From: a virus
IMG/VR virus record: IMGVR_UViG_3300045911_000062
Location: 9,947-73,946 of that record
DNA: 64,000 nt
Direction: 5' to 3' (one strand)
The notes beneath the pieces were generated by a model that did not search any database, was not told the DNA's origin, and saw nothing but the letters and a program-made list of their open reading frames with translations. A program made the position numbers and the translations under genes. This document shows, one piece after another, positions 38,377 to 49,170 of this stretch. Positions within the stretch are counted from its first letter, which is position 1. Every line of letters begins with the position of its first letter.

Positions 38377-39015
38377 TTATTCGAACCATTTTGAATAGTC
38401 GCCTGGAAATTTATTTTTATCATATACATATGGTTTAGTTGCTGCTATATAAAATCTAACCTGATGTAAATCTCCATATAAAATATCACTAGTACAGTTT
38501 ATGAAATGTTCTTCCCCAGGAAAAACAACCAAAGTACCGCGTTTGGGATTGATAGAAAAATTATGATTTAAAAATTGTAATTTACCGCCCATTACTTCAT
38601 AATATGGATCTAAGGGTTTTTTATCTCTATAATCCTTCAAAAATAAAACTGCGCAAAAATCCTTTGAATTAATTCTGTACCAACTTTTTTTTCCGTTTGT
38701 AGCAACAAATACGCTATTTTCACAACGTTGTTTATTATTTTTACAGCCCTGTGGGTAATATTCTATTTCAAATGGATGCATACCTTTATACTCAAAATCA
38801 TAATATTTTTCTAATTCTGGTATAAGAATGTCATTTATAGATTCTGAAAGTCTCAATTCTGCTAACCTATTAAATCGTACACTCATTATAGGGTTATTGT
38901 TTTCATCTCTGTCTGGTACTTCTATAATACATGAATCTACTATTTCTTCACACAATAACGGTGAAACAAAATCTTCAAATAATAAAATTGGTGACTTAAA
39001 CATAAAAAACCTCAT
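38377..39015 (-). CDS. 2OG-Fe(II) oxygenase-fold (prolyl hydroxylase-like) protein with degenerate metal site
   Basis: EDFVSPLLCEEI, YYPQG, AVLFLKD, GGKLQF, PKRGTLVVFP. Confidence 0.75.
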   Translation of the reverse strand: MRFFMFKSPILLFEDFVSPLLCEEIVDSCIIEVPDRDENNNPIMSVRFNRLAELRLSESINDILIPELEKYYDFEYKGMHPFEIEYYPQGCKNNKQRCENSVFVATNGKKSWYRINSKDFCAVLFLKDYRDKKPLDPYYEVMGGKLQFLNHNFSINPKRGTLVVFPGEEHFINCTSDILYGDLHQVRFYIAATKPYVYDKNKFPGDYSKWFE

Positions 39016-39039
39016 ATTTTGTACAGGATATTTATGAGA

Positions 39040-39357
39040 TTATTTTTCGTTTAGTTTTCCCTTGAGAAAATCATTGAATTTTACTAAACGCCTAGAAAAT
39101 GGTTTTGCTTTAGTCCTTTTGGATTTTCTGATTTTTTGCGCTTTCTTATGTCTTGCAAAGATTTTTCCTTGTCTAACTCTTTTAGGGTCTTTTCTTATGC
39201 CACATTTACTAGCATCGGAGACCAATCTTCCTTGCTTATCTCCAGACATACATCTAAATTGTCTTTTAATATTATTACCAATACGTTTAAATTGTCTTGT
39301 GATTCTAGGACTTTCTTCCAAGAAATCAAAAAAATAATTAAAAATATTCTGAGACAT
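39040..39357 (-). CDS. Small basic protein, putative prohead core/internal protein
   Basis: FLEE N-terminus followed by a very K/R-rich body. Confidence 0.5.
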   Translation of the reverse strand: MSQNIFNYFFDFLEESPRITRQFKRIGNNIKRQFRCMSGDKQGRLVSDASKCGIRKDPKRVRQGKIFARHKKAQKIRKSKRTKAKPFSRRLVKFNDFLKGKLNEK

Positions 39358-39359
39358 AA

Positions 39360-40874
39360 TTAGCGCATACTTCCAAGTCTTCCTGATCCTGCTGTTTTTT
39401 GTGGCAATTGAGCTACTGCATTATTTTTTTGTTGATTCTGTTGATTCTGATTTTGTTTGACTAAATTTTTTTCATTAGCCAATTCTTGCTCTTTTGCTGC
39501 AATTGCCTGCTGCTGTTGTGCTTTCTCCGCGTCCAATGTCTGTTTTAATCTTACCCCCCGCATTCTTGCCATCAACTCTTGCATTGCTGCGCGCCTTGCC
39601 GCAGTTTTATATTTTTTAGTTGCTGGATCGTCTGTTGGCAGAATTTTATATTCCATATCTAATTGACGTCTTGCAGCCATTACCGACTGCATATTATCTG
39701 TTACAGAAATTTCTGTGAGAATTTTATCTAATGCATCCACGCTATTTACTGCTTCTGATGTAAAATTATTTAATTTTTTAACCTGGAATTTTGCTAAATC
39801 TGCTAACTTTCTAGCTTCTTTTTCTTTTTGTTTCTGTTTAGCTATTTCTTGTTCCATGGAAATTAATTCTTTTTGTTGTTCAATTGATGCCGAAGCAGCC
39901 TTAGCTGAATATTCAGCTTGTAACGCTCTAGCTTTTTCTGCCTCTGCTTCCGCTTGTGCTTTTTTAGCTTCTGCATCAGATTGTAACATTTTTAAAATGG
40001 CGCTCAGTAATTCTTCCGTTCCTTTAGGCGCTGATTTACTTGAAAAGTCTTCTACACTTTCGTCATCTGATAAATCTTCTTCTTTGTTTGAAAATTCATT
40101 ATTTTTATATTCATCATCAATATTATCATCTGATAAATCTAAATCACCAATACCAAACTCATCTTTATCCGTGTCACTATCTGATGTATCATAATCTTCA
40201 TACCCTAAATCGTTATCTAAATCTGTGTTACCAACATCAGTGTCTGGTTCACGCATGTCTATACCTGGAGCTTTATAAACAGTATTCTTTGGTATAGTTG
40301 GGAATTCCACATCAATAATCTCAAACTCGTCTTTAAGCCTAAACAATACTTCAGCCATTGAAGGTGCATTTCTATTTGTAATTTTATCAAAATTTGAATC
40401 AAATTGTAAATTTTTATGAATTTCTGCTGATAATCTATCTTCAAAATCTTTAGCCACTCTGGCCTTGACAGTGATTTTCATCAAATTGCCTTGATCATCC
40501 TCCACACCATAAGTTACAGTTTCTTCATCAGTTGCACCAGTCTGTAAATATCTTAAGCGCGATGATACATCGTTCAAATCTACTGATTCTCCTAAACCAA
40601 AAAATTTTTTAATCTTGCTTTTCATGGATTTCTTTTTCTTCAATTTTTCTTTAGCAAGTTTTAAATTTTCTTTTGATTTAGGATCTACGTACATTTTTAT
40701 CCTGTCTTGCCTACGTTCTTCTTGCGCAGCTTTAGAAGAACTAATCCATTCACGTCTGCTTGCATCTCCACGTATGTCGTGACGTCTTATTTCCCCGCCA
40801 GCACTAGGATTAACGGCAATAGAATTTGAACTTGTGATAGCCATTTCTTTTATAATTTTTTCTAATATAGACAT
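39360..40874 (-). CDS. Putative internal head/scaffold-like protein
   Basis: Acidic D/E tract, Ala/Glu/Lys coiled coil, Q/N tail; late motif at 40895-40902. Confidence 0.55.
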   Translation of the reverse strand: MSILEKIIKEMAITSSNSIAVNPSAGGEIRRHDIRGDASRREWISSSKAAQEERRQDRIKMYVDPKSKENLKLAKEKLKKKKSMKSKIKKFFGLGESVDLNDVSSRLRYLQTGATDEETVTYGVEDDQGNLMKITVKARVAKDFEDRLSAEIHKNLQFDSNFDKITNRNAPSMAEVLFRLKDEFEIIDVEFPTIPKNTVYKAPGIDMREPDTDVGNTDLDNDLGYEDYDTSDSDTDKDEFGIGDLDLSDDNIDDEYKNNEFSNKEEDLSDDESVEDFSSKSAPKGTEELLSAILKMLQSDAEAKKAQAEAEAEKARALQAEYSAKAASASIEQQKELISMEQEIAKQKQKEKEARKLADLAKFQVKKLNNFTSEAVNSVDALDKILTEISVTDNMQSVMAARRQLDMEYKILPTDDPATKKYKTAARRAAMQELMARMRGVRLKQTLDAEKAQQQQAIAAKEQELANEKNLVKQNQNQQNQQKNNAVAQLPQKTAGSGRLGSMR

Positions 40875-40900
40875 GAAAAATCCTTTATTTTATATATTTA

Positions 40901-41344
40901 TCAGCGCATTATATTTTTTTCTATAGCAAATCTATATTCAATGCCTCTTGATGCACACCACTTACGCGCAGCTTCAGCCTTTATCATATTAATCATATAA
41001 GTATAATTTTCAACAATTGCTGTTTTTCGTTTTTTAGACTTGCTTTTATTTATAAATTTTTCAGGTTTTACTTCTAATAAAACTTTTTTTATTTCCTTGT
41101 CTTTGTTGATAAACTCAACATAAATGTCTGGGTAATATATTGATGGTTTATAAGTACCATCAGGATATGGTTTCATATATGGTATTTTTATTATTTCAGA
41201 ACCCCATCTTAGTACAAATGCATTGTTATCACAAAATACAAAAGCATTATATTCTAAATTAGACCTATAAATTATTTTATCTGGATCACCAATGTATTTG
41301 TCTAAATTTTTTGGAAAAAATTTTCCTTCGTTAGCTTTTTTCAT
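40901..41344 (-). CDS. Head completion nuclease (T4 gp4-like, TnsA-type fold)
   Basis: GKFFPKN..KYIGD...IIYRS.LE..CD.N..V..WGSE..IPY..YYPD..EVKP..K..AA..WC. Confidence 0.88.
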   Translation of the reverse strand: MKKANEGKFFPKNLDKYIGDPDKIIYRSNLEYNAFVFCDNNAFVLRWGSEIIKIPYMKPYPDGTYKPSIYYPDIYVEFINKDKEIKKVLLEVKPEKFINKSKSKKRKTAIVENYTYMINMIKAEAARKWCASRGIEYRFAIEKNIMR

Positions 41345-41351
41345 TAAATTT

Positions 41352-42266
41352 TTATCTTACGTTATCATATGTACTAGGTGGTGAATCTTTATGAATAACA
41401 AAAACGCTATCATAATTAAATGTCAAATCAACAGTTGTTACCGTACTTTGTGACATATCTAAATCGTCCATATTGACAGAAACGATTTTTGGATTAAGAT
41501 ATGTATAAACAGTAGTTTTTCTTGATGGGTTGTTAATTCCAGGTTCAGTTACAAAATATTCATGATATATTTTAATATATCTTATTATACCGTGTCTAGC
41601 TTCTAGTTCGCCCAAAGATGCAGTATGCGGCTCGGTTGTTGCATTTACAGATGGAAAAATCGGTGTACCATCTGGATTAAAACCAATTGGTGAAGCTGCC
41701 GTACCAGAAGAAGGAGATGAAGACATTCCATATATTCCATAACGATCCATCGTATTAGCCCTACTTTCTGTGGTATAATTAAAAACTGGACTCAATATTT
41801 GAAAATATTTATCAAAAATATCGTGCGCCCTATTTGAAGAATCGTCATAAAACACTAAATTTATAGTACCATAATCAACATTAGTAGCTACATTAGTTCT
41901 AAAATTATAAAAATTAGCTTTAACATAGTTAACTGTTGGCGCTGGTCTTGTGACTTTTAATACTGAAAATTTGTTTATGTGTGGGTCTTCATGACCGGGA
42001 TGTTTAATTATATCATCTCTTATATTTGGATTATTATCTCTAAAAGCAAATTCAACAGTAAAATTAAATTTTAATTTTGGCGATTCACCATTAGCCATAC
42101 CATCAGGAATTATAGCTGGCCTTAAATCATCATCATTCAACGAAACACCAAGTTCTTGTAATGTAGAATAAAATTCTTGTGTGTTATAATTTAATTGCCA
42201 AGTTGGATTGAATAATTTAACTCTTCTAGGTCCAGAAGAAGAAGGAGGAGGTGGTGGTATAATCAT
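41352..42266 (-). CDS. Tail tube-like baseplate/tube initiator protein (gp48/gp54-like)
   Basis: PKLKFNFTVEF, YGTINLVFYDD, NPKIVS...DDLD, LTFNYD; resembles the tube fold. Confidence 0.65.
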   Translation of the reverse strand: MIIPPPPPSSSGPRRVKLFNPTWQLNYNTQEFYSTLQELGVSLNDDDLRPAIIPDGMANGESPKLKFNFTVEFAFRDNNPNIRDDIIKHPGHEDPHINKFSVLKVTRPAPTVNYVKANFYNFRTNVATNVDYGTINLVFYDDSSNRAHDIFDKYFQILSPVFNYTTESRANTMDRYGIYGMSSSPSSGTAASPIGFNPDGTPIFPSVNATTEPHTASLGELEARHGIIRYIKIYHEYFVTEPGINNPSRKTTVYTYLNPKIVSVNMDDLDMSQSTVTTVDLTFNYDSVFVIHKDSPPSTYDNVR

Positions 42267-42805
42267 ACTACTTGCCTATAATTTACACAAATTTTAATAA
42301 CTCGTTTACATTTTATTTTTATAAAATTAGATAATGCATCTTTATCAAATGATCCAGATTTAACAAGTTTAAATATTTTAGTCAAAAAAGTTACAAAATC
42401 ATTATATTCAGTTTTGTTTATTCTTCGCAATAAATCATAATACTGCCTCATATTCAATGTATCTACAACTAAAATAGCTCCACTAATTTCATTAGCAAGT
42501 TTAAACTGATCTGGAGTATGAACAAATGAATAAATGTTAAATTTCTGCATCCCTGTGTATGATGAACCATTTATGACCATTGTTATAGCTTTTAAAGTTT
42601 CTATACCTTTTGAAATAGGACCATTAGTTATATCTTGTAAATATGGAAATGCTCGATCAATTTCTGCTTGTTTTGTAATTGGATCGTTTGGTTGAAAATT
42701 TGTAGAACTAACAAATGTATTATCTCTAATTTTTTTAATTAGTTGTTGAACTTCAGTAAATTCTTGTCTATCAAAAGCTTCTATTACCTCTTTAACAGTT
42801 CCCAT
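42263..42805 (-). CDS. Hypothetical late protein
   Basis: Late motif at 42833-42840; ATGA overlap with the downstream gene. Confidence 0.55.
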   Translation of the reverse strand: MGTVKEVIEAFDRQEFTEVQQLIKKIRDNTFVSSTNFQPNDPITKQAEIDRAFPYLQDITNGPISKGIETLKAITMVINGSSYTGMQKFNIYSFVHTPDQFKLANEISGAILVVDTLNMRQYYDLLRRINKTEYNDFVTFLTKIFKLVKSGSFDKDALSNFIKIKCKRVIKICVNYRQVV

Positions 42806-42844
42806 AATAGCCCATAGTTTGTTTATATATTTTATTTATGATAA

Positions 42845-42874
42845 AAACAAAGGGACCAATTGGTCCCTTTGTTT
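42845..42874. terminator. Intrinsic terminator after the tail tube gene
   Basis: Perfect palindrome AAACAAAGGGACCAATTGGTCCCTTTGTTT. Confidence 0.85.
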
Positions 42875-42899
42875 AATACAATGCACTTGAAAAATAGGT

Positions 42900-43520
42900 T
42901 TAACTGATACTGTTGCCAAGTGGTGCTGGACCGCCTGTAGCCATACCTTCCTTACCAGTGATTAACTGACGTGCATGATCAAAACGAAAAGATACTACTA
43001 ATTTCATTGCTTCTGATACACTATAATCCTTTTCACCATATTCAATAGATTTAATAAAGCATCCCTCTAAAGCCCATGATTCCAGAGGGTCAATATCACC
43101 ATCAAGCATTTGTGAAATCATAGAAAATTTATATTGCTGACCTGCATATGCTGAGTTTAAAACTCTACCAGAACCGGGTGCAATAATAGCTTGCTGCTTC
43201 TCAAGCTGCTCTTGGAAAATCTGTGTCACACGACCACCAACATCAGCTTCAAATTGATAAGTAACTGGTTGCCAATTATGTTTTCCGGCGATCCATGCAC
43301 GTGAATTATAGCGATGTAGTTCAATATCATCAAATTCTAATTTAGGTCTTTCACCTTGAACAGCTTGTAAAGTCAAAATCTCACTCTCTGACCCAGAGGT
43401 TTGAATATTTCCGCGTGGGCCACCAATTCCATAAAAAAATACCCTCCATTTATGTTTAACAATTGGATGGATAATTCCACCAGCATTTGGTAGTACGCCC
43501 ATATCTGTTATTAATGCCAT
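42900..43520 (-). CDS. Tail tube protein (gp19-like)
   Basis: RPKLEF..YNSRAWIAGKHNWQPVT, YKF, ESWALEGCF, FRFDHA; AAGGAG RBS; late motif at 43556-43563. Confidence 0.88.
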   Translation of the reverse strand: MALITDMGVLPNAGGIIHPIVKHKWRVFFYGIGGPRGNIQTSGSESEILTLQAVQGERPKLEFDDIELHRYNSRAWIAGKHNWQPVTYQFEADVGGRVTQIFQEQLEKQQAIIAPGSGRVLNSAYAGQQYKFSMISQMLDGDIDPLESWALEGCFIKSIEYGEKDYSVSEAMKLVVSFRFDHARQLITGKEGMATGGPAPLGNSIS

Positions 43521-43633
43521 GACTTAGCTCCTTAAACATGTACAATAGTTATATGTATTTATTATAAATGTACAATAAATCCTAATTTTTTTTAGATAAT
43601 ATCAATAAATATATCAAACAGGAACTATAAAAA

Positions 43634-44362
43634 ATGAAACGATTTATATCTTTTTTATTAGAAAAAACTAATGCCTATCAAGAAGAAGCAATATTGGTAT
43701 TGCACAAGATTTACGGCGGTTTAGATACTGCTCATATAGAAAAAAAATCTAACTTTTGTGAATTAAATATTGGGCAGGTTATAAAAGATAAAAACTATAA
43801 AACATTAAATTTGGCATTTCGTTCTGGTCCTGATAATGTGCGGTTAGCCACGAAAAAAGATGAATTTTATATAGTAGTTGATTTTCCTGATTATAACCAT
43901 GAAATTACTAGAGCAGAATTATTAAAAAAGATAGAAGATAAAAAAACGGCTATTAAAATAAAAGATATTATTATACGTTTTTTAACAGAAATAAGAGATG
44001 AATTTGATGAAAAAAATAAAGAAACTGCCCATGAAATACTAAATAAAGACGATCATGAAGTTGATAAGAGATATGATGAATTAATGAAAGCATATTCTCA
44101 AAAATTGAAAGAATATAAATCTGCTATTGAAAACTTGGATAAAATTGCTGATTCAACTGCTAACATTGCGAAGCAAACATCTATTAATATGGCTAAAGAG
44201 ACTATAAAAAAAGAATATTTAGGTGATAATTTTAAAAAATTTCTATCTATTTTGACAAAATTACCACAGGGTAGATTTATATCTAATCTTGAAAGTGATA
44301 TGAAGAAAAAGATATTGGCAAGGCTAGAAAATTTTTATGATCATTACACTGAAACGAATTAA
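43634..44362 (+). CDS. Hypothetical late protein, possible internal head protein
   Basis: MKRFISFLLE N-terminus; late motif at 43604-43611. Confidence 0.55.
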   Translation: MKRFISFLLEKTNAYQEEAILVLHKIYGGLDTAHIEKKSNFCELNIGQVIKDKNYKTLNLAFRSGPDNVRLATKKDEFYIVVDFPDYNHEITRAELLKKIEDKKTAIKIKDIIIRFLTEIRDEFDEKNKETAHEILNKDDHEVDKRYDELMKAYSQKLKEYKSAIENLDKIADSTANIAKQTSINMAKETIKKEYLGDNFKKFLSILTKLPQGRFISNLESDMKKKILARLENFYDHYTETN

Positions 44363-44429
44363 TGTTAATAACTAAAATAATTTAAACGAAAAGAAAAAAT
44401 AATATTAAAATTATAAATTAAAACATAAT

Positions 44430-45986
44430 TTAGTCATTGACATTATGATTTATCCATTCCCATTTACTAGAACCATAATCGTAAATATGGTAAAAGCCAT
44501 CCAAAAATCTTAATTCTTTTTCTGTCATGTTCTTTGGTTCTCCATCTTTCTTTCTCATACTAAACCTGTGAATTCTTTTAAGTTCATTCGGCTTAAAATA
44601 CCAATAATTTGGTACAGTTTGTCTAATAAAAGAAAAACCAAGTTTTCCATAAACATTACCATTTGACCATCTTGAATCAGCATATGTTATAACTTTATCT
44701 GGATTAAACTGTTTTAAAAAATACTTGAAAATTTTACTAGCGCCTCCAACAACAGAGACATCAATTCTATTACAAAATCTAGTTATTTCCCATTCTAAAT
44801 TTTTTCTAGAAATATTCACTTTAGAAAATGACATAGCAGATAATAGTTCTTCTTTGTAAAATAAACCGTATCTGACCTGTGAATTGCCGTATCCCTGTAT
44901 ATGATTTTCTTCAAAAAATTTTTTAGCAGTTAAAATATCTAATTCTTTTATTATACATTTTCTAGCACCGATTTTTATACTGCTCCCAAATATATTATTC
45001 AATTTGGATACAACTATTTGTTTTTTGTTAATCCATTCATCTTCAAAAATACAAATTATCTTTATTCCTTCACTTCTAAGTTTTATATATTTTTCAAAAT
45101 CTTTTATTTTAGATTTATTATTATAAGATAAAACTTCTACAGAATGCCAATACAAACCATTATATTCTATTCCAAGATTTTTAGATGGAATATATATGTC
45201 TATAATGCCATGCACAGTTCTATAGTTTAAAATTGCATCTGAAGATAACTCTTTAACTAAATTATATACTTCTTTTTGTGCTTTGCTTGTTAAAAAAGTT
45301 CTTGGAAAACATACTGGACAAAGTTTTTCGTGAAATTTACAATCATTAAAATATTGTTTTGTAAAACTAAACTGTGTTTTACAAATTTTACAACATAACT
45401 GTAATTGAGTATTACTTATGTCATTAATAAGTTCTAAATTAGATTTTTGAATTTTTTCAATAATGCTTATATGACTTTTTTCAATTATTTTTTGCCTATA
45501 TTTTTTAAATAATTCAGCGAATAATTTTATGTTTTCAAAAGAGTGTTTTTTACCTCTAAACGATGGTACAGGAGAAATCCCTTTATTAATTTTTGTCTTT
45601 TGTGCCTTTTTAAATCTTTCAGCTAATTCTTTTTTGTTGTTTTCTGAATATTTTTTAATCGAATTGGAAATTTTAGATTTGGTCTCTTCACTTAAACTAT
45701 TGTATTCTCTACGTTTCAGTTGGCTAGAATTATATTTTTGTTCTCTCAAAATGTAAGACTGTTTTTGAGCATCTGTCAATTTTATTTTTTTATTTTTGTT
45801 CCAAGGAATTTTTTTAGAATTTGTTTTTTTAAAATGTTCTGATTTTTTCTTTCTATATTCATCGGTTGATAAACTATTTACCCCAAAAAGTTTTTTATAA
45901 TCAACAGGAAGAATACCATGCTTCTTTAAATGTGATGGATGAATTACTGATTTAAATTGTGATTTACATATTTGGCAAGTTATCAT
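44430..45986 (-). mobile_element. Free-standing homing-endonuclease-like gene (Zn finger/NUMOD-like, Vsr-like nuclease, GNAT/Mom-like domain)
   Basis: CQIC..HLKKH, PWNK, LSEETKSKIS, GIEYNGLYWHS, IFEDEW, NHIQG, EITRFC, GGASKIF, ITYADSRWS. Likely start ATG 45986, since GTG 46019 lies inside the terminator. Confidence 0.75.
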
Positions 45987-46003
45987 AGTAAGAATATACA
46001 ACA

Positions 46004-46036
46004 AAAAAGGCAAGGACACAAGTTCCTTGCCTTTTT
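46004..46036. terminator. Intrinsic (bidirectional) terminator after the tail sheath gene
   Basis: AAAAA GGCAAGGA cacaagt TCCTTGCC TTTTT. Confidence 0.85.
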
Positions 46037-46057
46037 ATAATAGTTTATATTATTTAT

Positions 46058-48301
46058 TTATCGGTTTGATAGTGAAAAACGAGTTCTACCAGTTCCAATA
46101 TTAGCTCCAGTACGGACTACCCTTACCTTTACATAAATGAATTCTACAGCCTTCACTGGTTTGATAGCGATGTCTACATGAAGCTCATTGTTATCTATAG
46201 TTTCTGGCGTATTATTTGTTTCATCAACTAAAACTGCAAAGTCATACAAACCTCTACGGTCAACCAAAGTGCTCAAAAAACCATCGCATGCTGATTTAAC
46301 TAAATCCCATGTGATACTATCGTTAGGCTCGAAAAGGAATGAAAATAATCCCTTCCTTAATTGTCTCTTGATAAACTTACATAGTCTTGAAACATTTATT
46401 CTATCAAGAGCAGAAGGAGTACCCTGACCAGTCTTTTGACCCATTACCAAAATTCCTCGTCCTGGTATATAAGCTAAAGGATTAATATTCTTAGGTGACT
46501 CATATAATTCATCTCTTGTTCCAGTATCACAATATTCTTGAACAAAAGTGGTTGGACCGCCTAAAGTTCCAGATACATATCCAATATCTTGCAAGAACCC
46601 GCACTGACCGCGGTTAACACCTGCAGGTGGCCACCAAACATCCCTCTGTTGGTCATTATAAGCAAAAACTCGCAATGCCGCAGATGCTGCCGTAGTCATA
46701 ATATTTCTACCGTCTATATTAGATGATAAACCATGTGGAAAATATGCTGCACCATGCCAATTTTCATTTCTATTCTGTCCTGACGTTGCCCATGCTGCAA
46801 TAGAGCCAGGACCTGTTGCTGGTTTGTCAAAAGGAGTTTCATCTAAAATAAACACCTCTTCTAATTGATCCTGCATTAAACGATATAATGCTGAAGCAAC
46901 TTTATTTCCGTGAAAACCTGGAGCCAAAACTATATTGTATTCTAACCATTCTGAACGTGATCCATTATTAGGGTTATTAATAGCTGCAACTATTGCTCTT
47001 TCAATTTCATTATATCGTTCTGCATTATTAGAACCCAAAGATGTAAAAAATACGAATTCTTTTGTATTATCAAAATCTCCAGCGGCTGCTAATAATAATC
47101 CTTCTGCTTCATCAGCAGTAAATTCTGTAGGTTCTACAGATCCTGAATTCCATTGATCGATTAAACCATAAAGGCCAACGTAACCGCCTACTATTTGATT
47201 ATCACCACCTATAATTGTATCATATGAATCATCATATATGTTTAATGTTGATGGGCCTTTTCCGTTGATAGGTGCTGCAATCCTATCGAATAAGCTTAAA
47301 GATGCGAACAATGGTAATGAACCAGAAATTCCGTCAGATATTACTACGCTAGAAGTTGGGCCTTCCCATGTACTGGTTATTCTTATAGCGCCTTGAATCA
47401 ATTCACACGTAGCATAATTATTCAATTGAGAATTTATAGCATCTACTAAATCTCCAAATGTAATAATATCACTACCGCTAAAAGATAGATTAATTGTTGT
47501 TGATTCAGCATTATTGTCATTATTATAATCACCAACTATGTATATACTTGCACGATATTCTTCGTCTTCGTCTAGACCTGCAAAATCTCCCAAAGTAATA
47601 AATCCGTTATAAGTTTCTGTTAATACATCTTGATATGCTGGTCTAGCTGTTAAATTACTTAACAAAAATTCATCACGAAATGATGATGTTCTACCATCAT
47701 TTACTGGATTTTCATCAGGGAGATCTTTTGCCTCTCTACTAAAGTTGTACATATTAAATACATCTTTCAATGCTTCATTTAATAGTACCTTTAAAGTATC
47801 GCCATCAACTGATGTTTTATAAAATTGGTCTGCTGGATATAAATTATTAACAGAATTATATTCTTGTAACCAATTAGACACTAATTCATTTAAATAATCC
47901 GCTGCAATCTGAATTTTACGAGTCCATAATGCTTTGATATCTTGTATATTATCATTCAAATTTACATTTGCACGAATTACATACGCTCTATTACCTATTT
48001 CTAAGTATTTATTTAATGCATCCAAACCATATTCATTACGAGCATCGCCATGATGATTTGCATCTGAAGCTGAACGTAAATATTTTGGAATACCATATAA
48101 CTGCAATGATTGGCGTAAGCTAGTAACAGTTCTCAGAACATTATGTTCGTATGTTCCAACAGCAGGCGAAACCCCATCTGGTTGTAGTTTTTCATCTTCT
48201 GTTGCAATAAAAATAAGTGGAAAGCTCGCTGCACGACCTGGAATATAAAAAGACTCGTCTACGATGGTTACGTCTACGCCTGGGCTAATTAATTGTGCCA
48301 T
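46058..48301 (-). CDS. Contractile tail sheath protein (gp18-like)
   Basis: LISPGVDVTIVDES, WWPPAGVNRG, INPL, GQKT, SALDRINVSRL, FEPND, IKPVKAVEFI. Confidence 0.95.
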   Translation of the reverse strand: MAQLISPGVDVTIVDESFYIPGRAASFPLIFIATEDEKLQPDGVSPAVGTYEHNVLRTVTSLRQSLQLYGIPKYLRSASDANHHGDARNEYGLDALNKYLEIGNRAYVIRANVNLNDNIQDIKALWTRKIQIAADYLNELVSNWLQEYNSVNNLYPADQFYKTSVDGDTLKVLLNEALKDVFNMYNFSREAKDLPDENPVNDGRTSSFRDEFLLSNLTARPAYQDVLTETYNGFITLGDFAGLDEDEEYRASIYIVGDYNNDNNAESTTINLSFSGSDIITFGDLVDAINSQLNNYATCELIQGAIRITSTWEGPTSSVVISDGISGSLPLFASLSLFDRIAAPINGKGPSTLNIYDDSYDTIIGGDNQIVGGYVGLYGLIDQWNSGSVEPTEFTADEAEGLLLAAAGDFDNTKEFVFFTSLGSNNAERYNEIERAIVAAINNPNNGSRSEWLEYNIVLAPGFHGNKVASALYRLMQDQLEEVFILDETPFDKPATGPGSIAAWATSGQNRNENWHGAAYFPHGLSSNIDGRNIMTTAASAALRVFAYNDQQRDVWWPPAGVNRGQCGFLQDIGYVSGTLGGPTTFVQEYCDTGTRDELYESPKNINPLAYIPGRGILVMGQKTGQGTPSALDRINVSRLCKFIKRQLRKGLFSFLFEPNDSITWDLVKSACDGFLSTLVDRRGLYDFAVLVDETNNTPETIDNNELHVDIAIKPVKAVEFIYVKVRVVRTGANIGTGRTRFSLSNR

Positions 48302-48368
48302 CTGTTATCTCCTTAAAATAAAATAAGATGTTACAGATATTTATTATGAATGCAAAAATATTATTAAA

Positions 48369-49157
48369 TTAATTTGGTGGAATGTCCATATCATCAATAT
48401 CATATAAAACTTTATATGGAGGATCTGACCTATTTACTTCTCTGACTTTTTCATTGACATCTTCTGTATTTTTAATAGCTTCTAATCTTAACTTAACAGC
48501 CTTAATAAAATTAGTTTTAATATTTACGGGTGGAACTAAATAAAACCACACCAAAAAATTTAGATTAGTTACTATTATTCTTTTATCTGACAATTTTGGA
48601 TAATTTGTATTAAACTCAATAGATTTTAATTGAACTTGAGTTATTCTCACAAAATCGTGTATGTCATCGCTAGTTTGAATTTGTAAAGTTGGATCAAATA
48701 TCATTAAAATTTGTTCTAATATTTGAAAATGTTCATGTTCATTACTAGTGTATATGCTAAGTTCCATCATTCCATCATAAGGAACGGGAACCTGCTTATA
48801 AATTACTTTTAAATCGTCTGGTAGTGCTCCACCTCTTGGCAGATTAGTAGTACGCTCTTGAGCACCTATTCCCTTTAATCTTTCTGTTGCTAAATCAATA
48901 CCAGCCATATTAACTGATATAACTGGTAAACTTAACGGCTTATTTTGCGTATTCTCTGATATAATTGCATCTACTATTCTACTAGAATTTCCATATCTAA
49001 CTGGAACTTCTACAAAATCATTAGATGAATCAACATTTGAATTTTTTCCGACTTTTACTTTTAACCCGGAAAAAATTGCCATAAATTGAATTATATAACG
49101 CCTTAACTGTGCGTCATAAAAATAAGTATCCAAGTCTTTTTTAAAGTCATTATTCAT
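48369..49157 (-). CDS. Tail sheath stabiliser/terminator (gp15-like)
   Basis: YFYDAQLRRYIIQF..IFS, VPVRYG, LPVIS, PVPYD, QILEQIL..FDP. Confidence 0.85.
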   Translation of the reverse strand: MNNDFKKDLDTYFYDAQLRRYIIQFMAIFSGLKVKVGKNSNVDSSNDFVEVPVRYGNSSRIVDAIISENTQNKPLSLPVISVNMAGIDLATERLKGIGAQERTTNLPRGGALPDDLKVIYKQVPVPYDGMMELSIYTSNEHEHFQILEQILMIFDPTLQIQTSDDIHDFVRITQVQLKSIEFNTNYPKLSDKRIIVTNLNFLVWFYLVPPVNIKTNFIKAVKLRLEAIKNTEDVNEKVREVNRSDPPYKVLYDIDDMDIPPN

Positions 49158-49170
49158 TATTTTAAAATTA

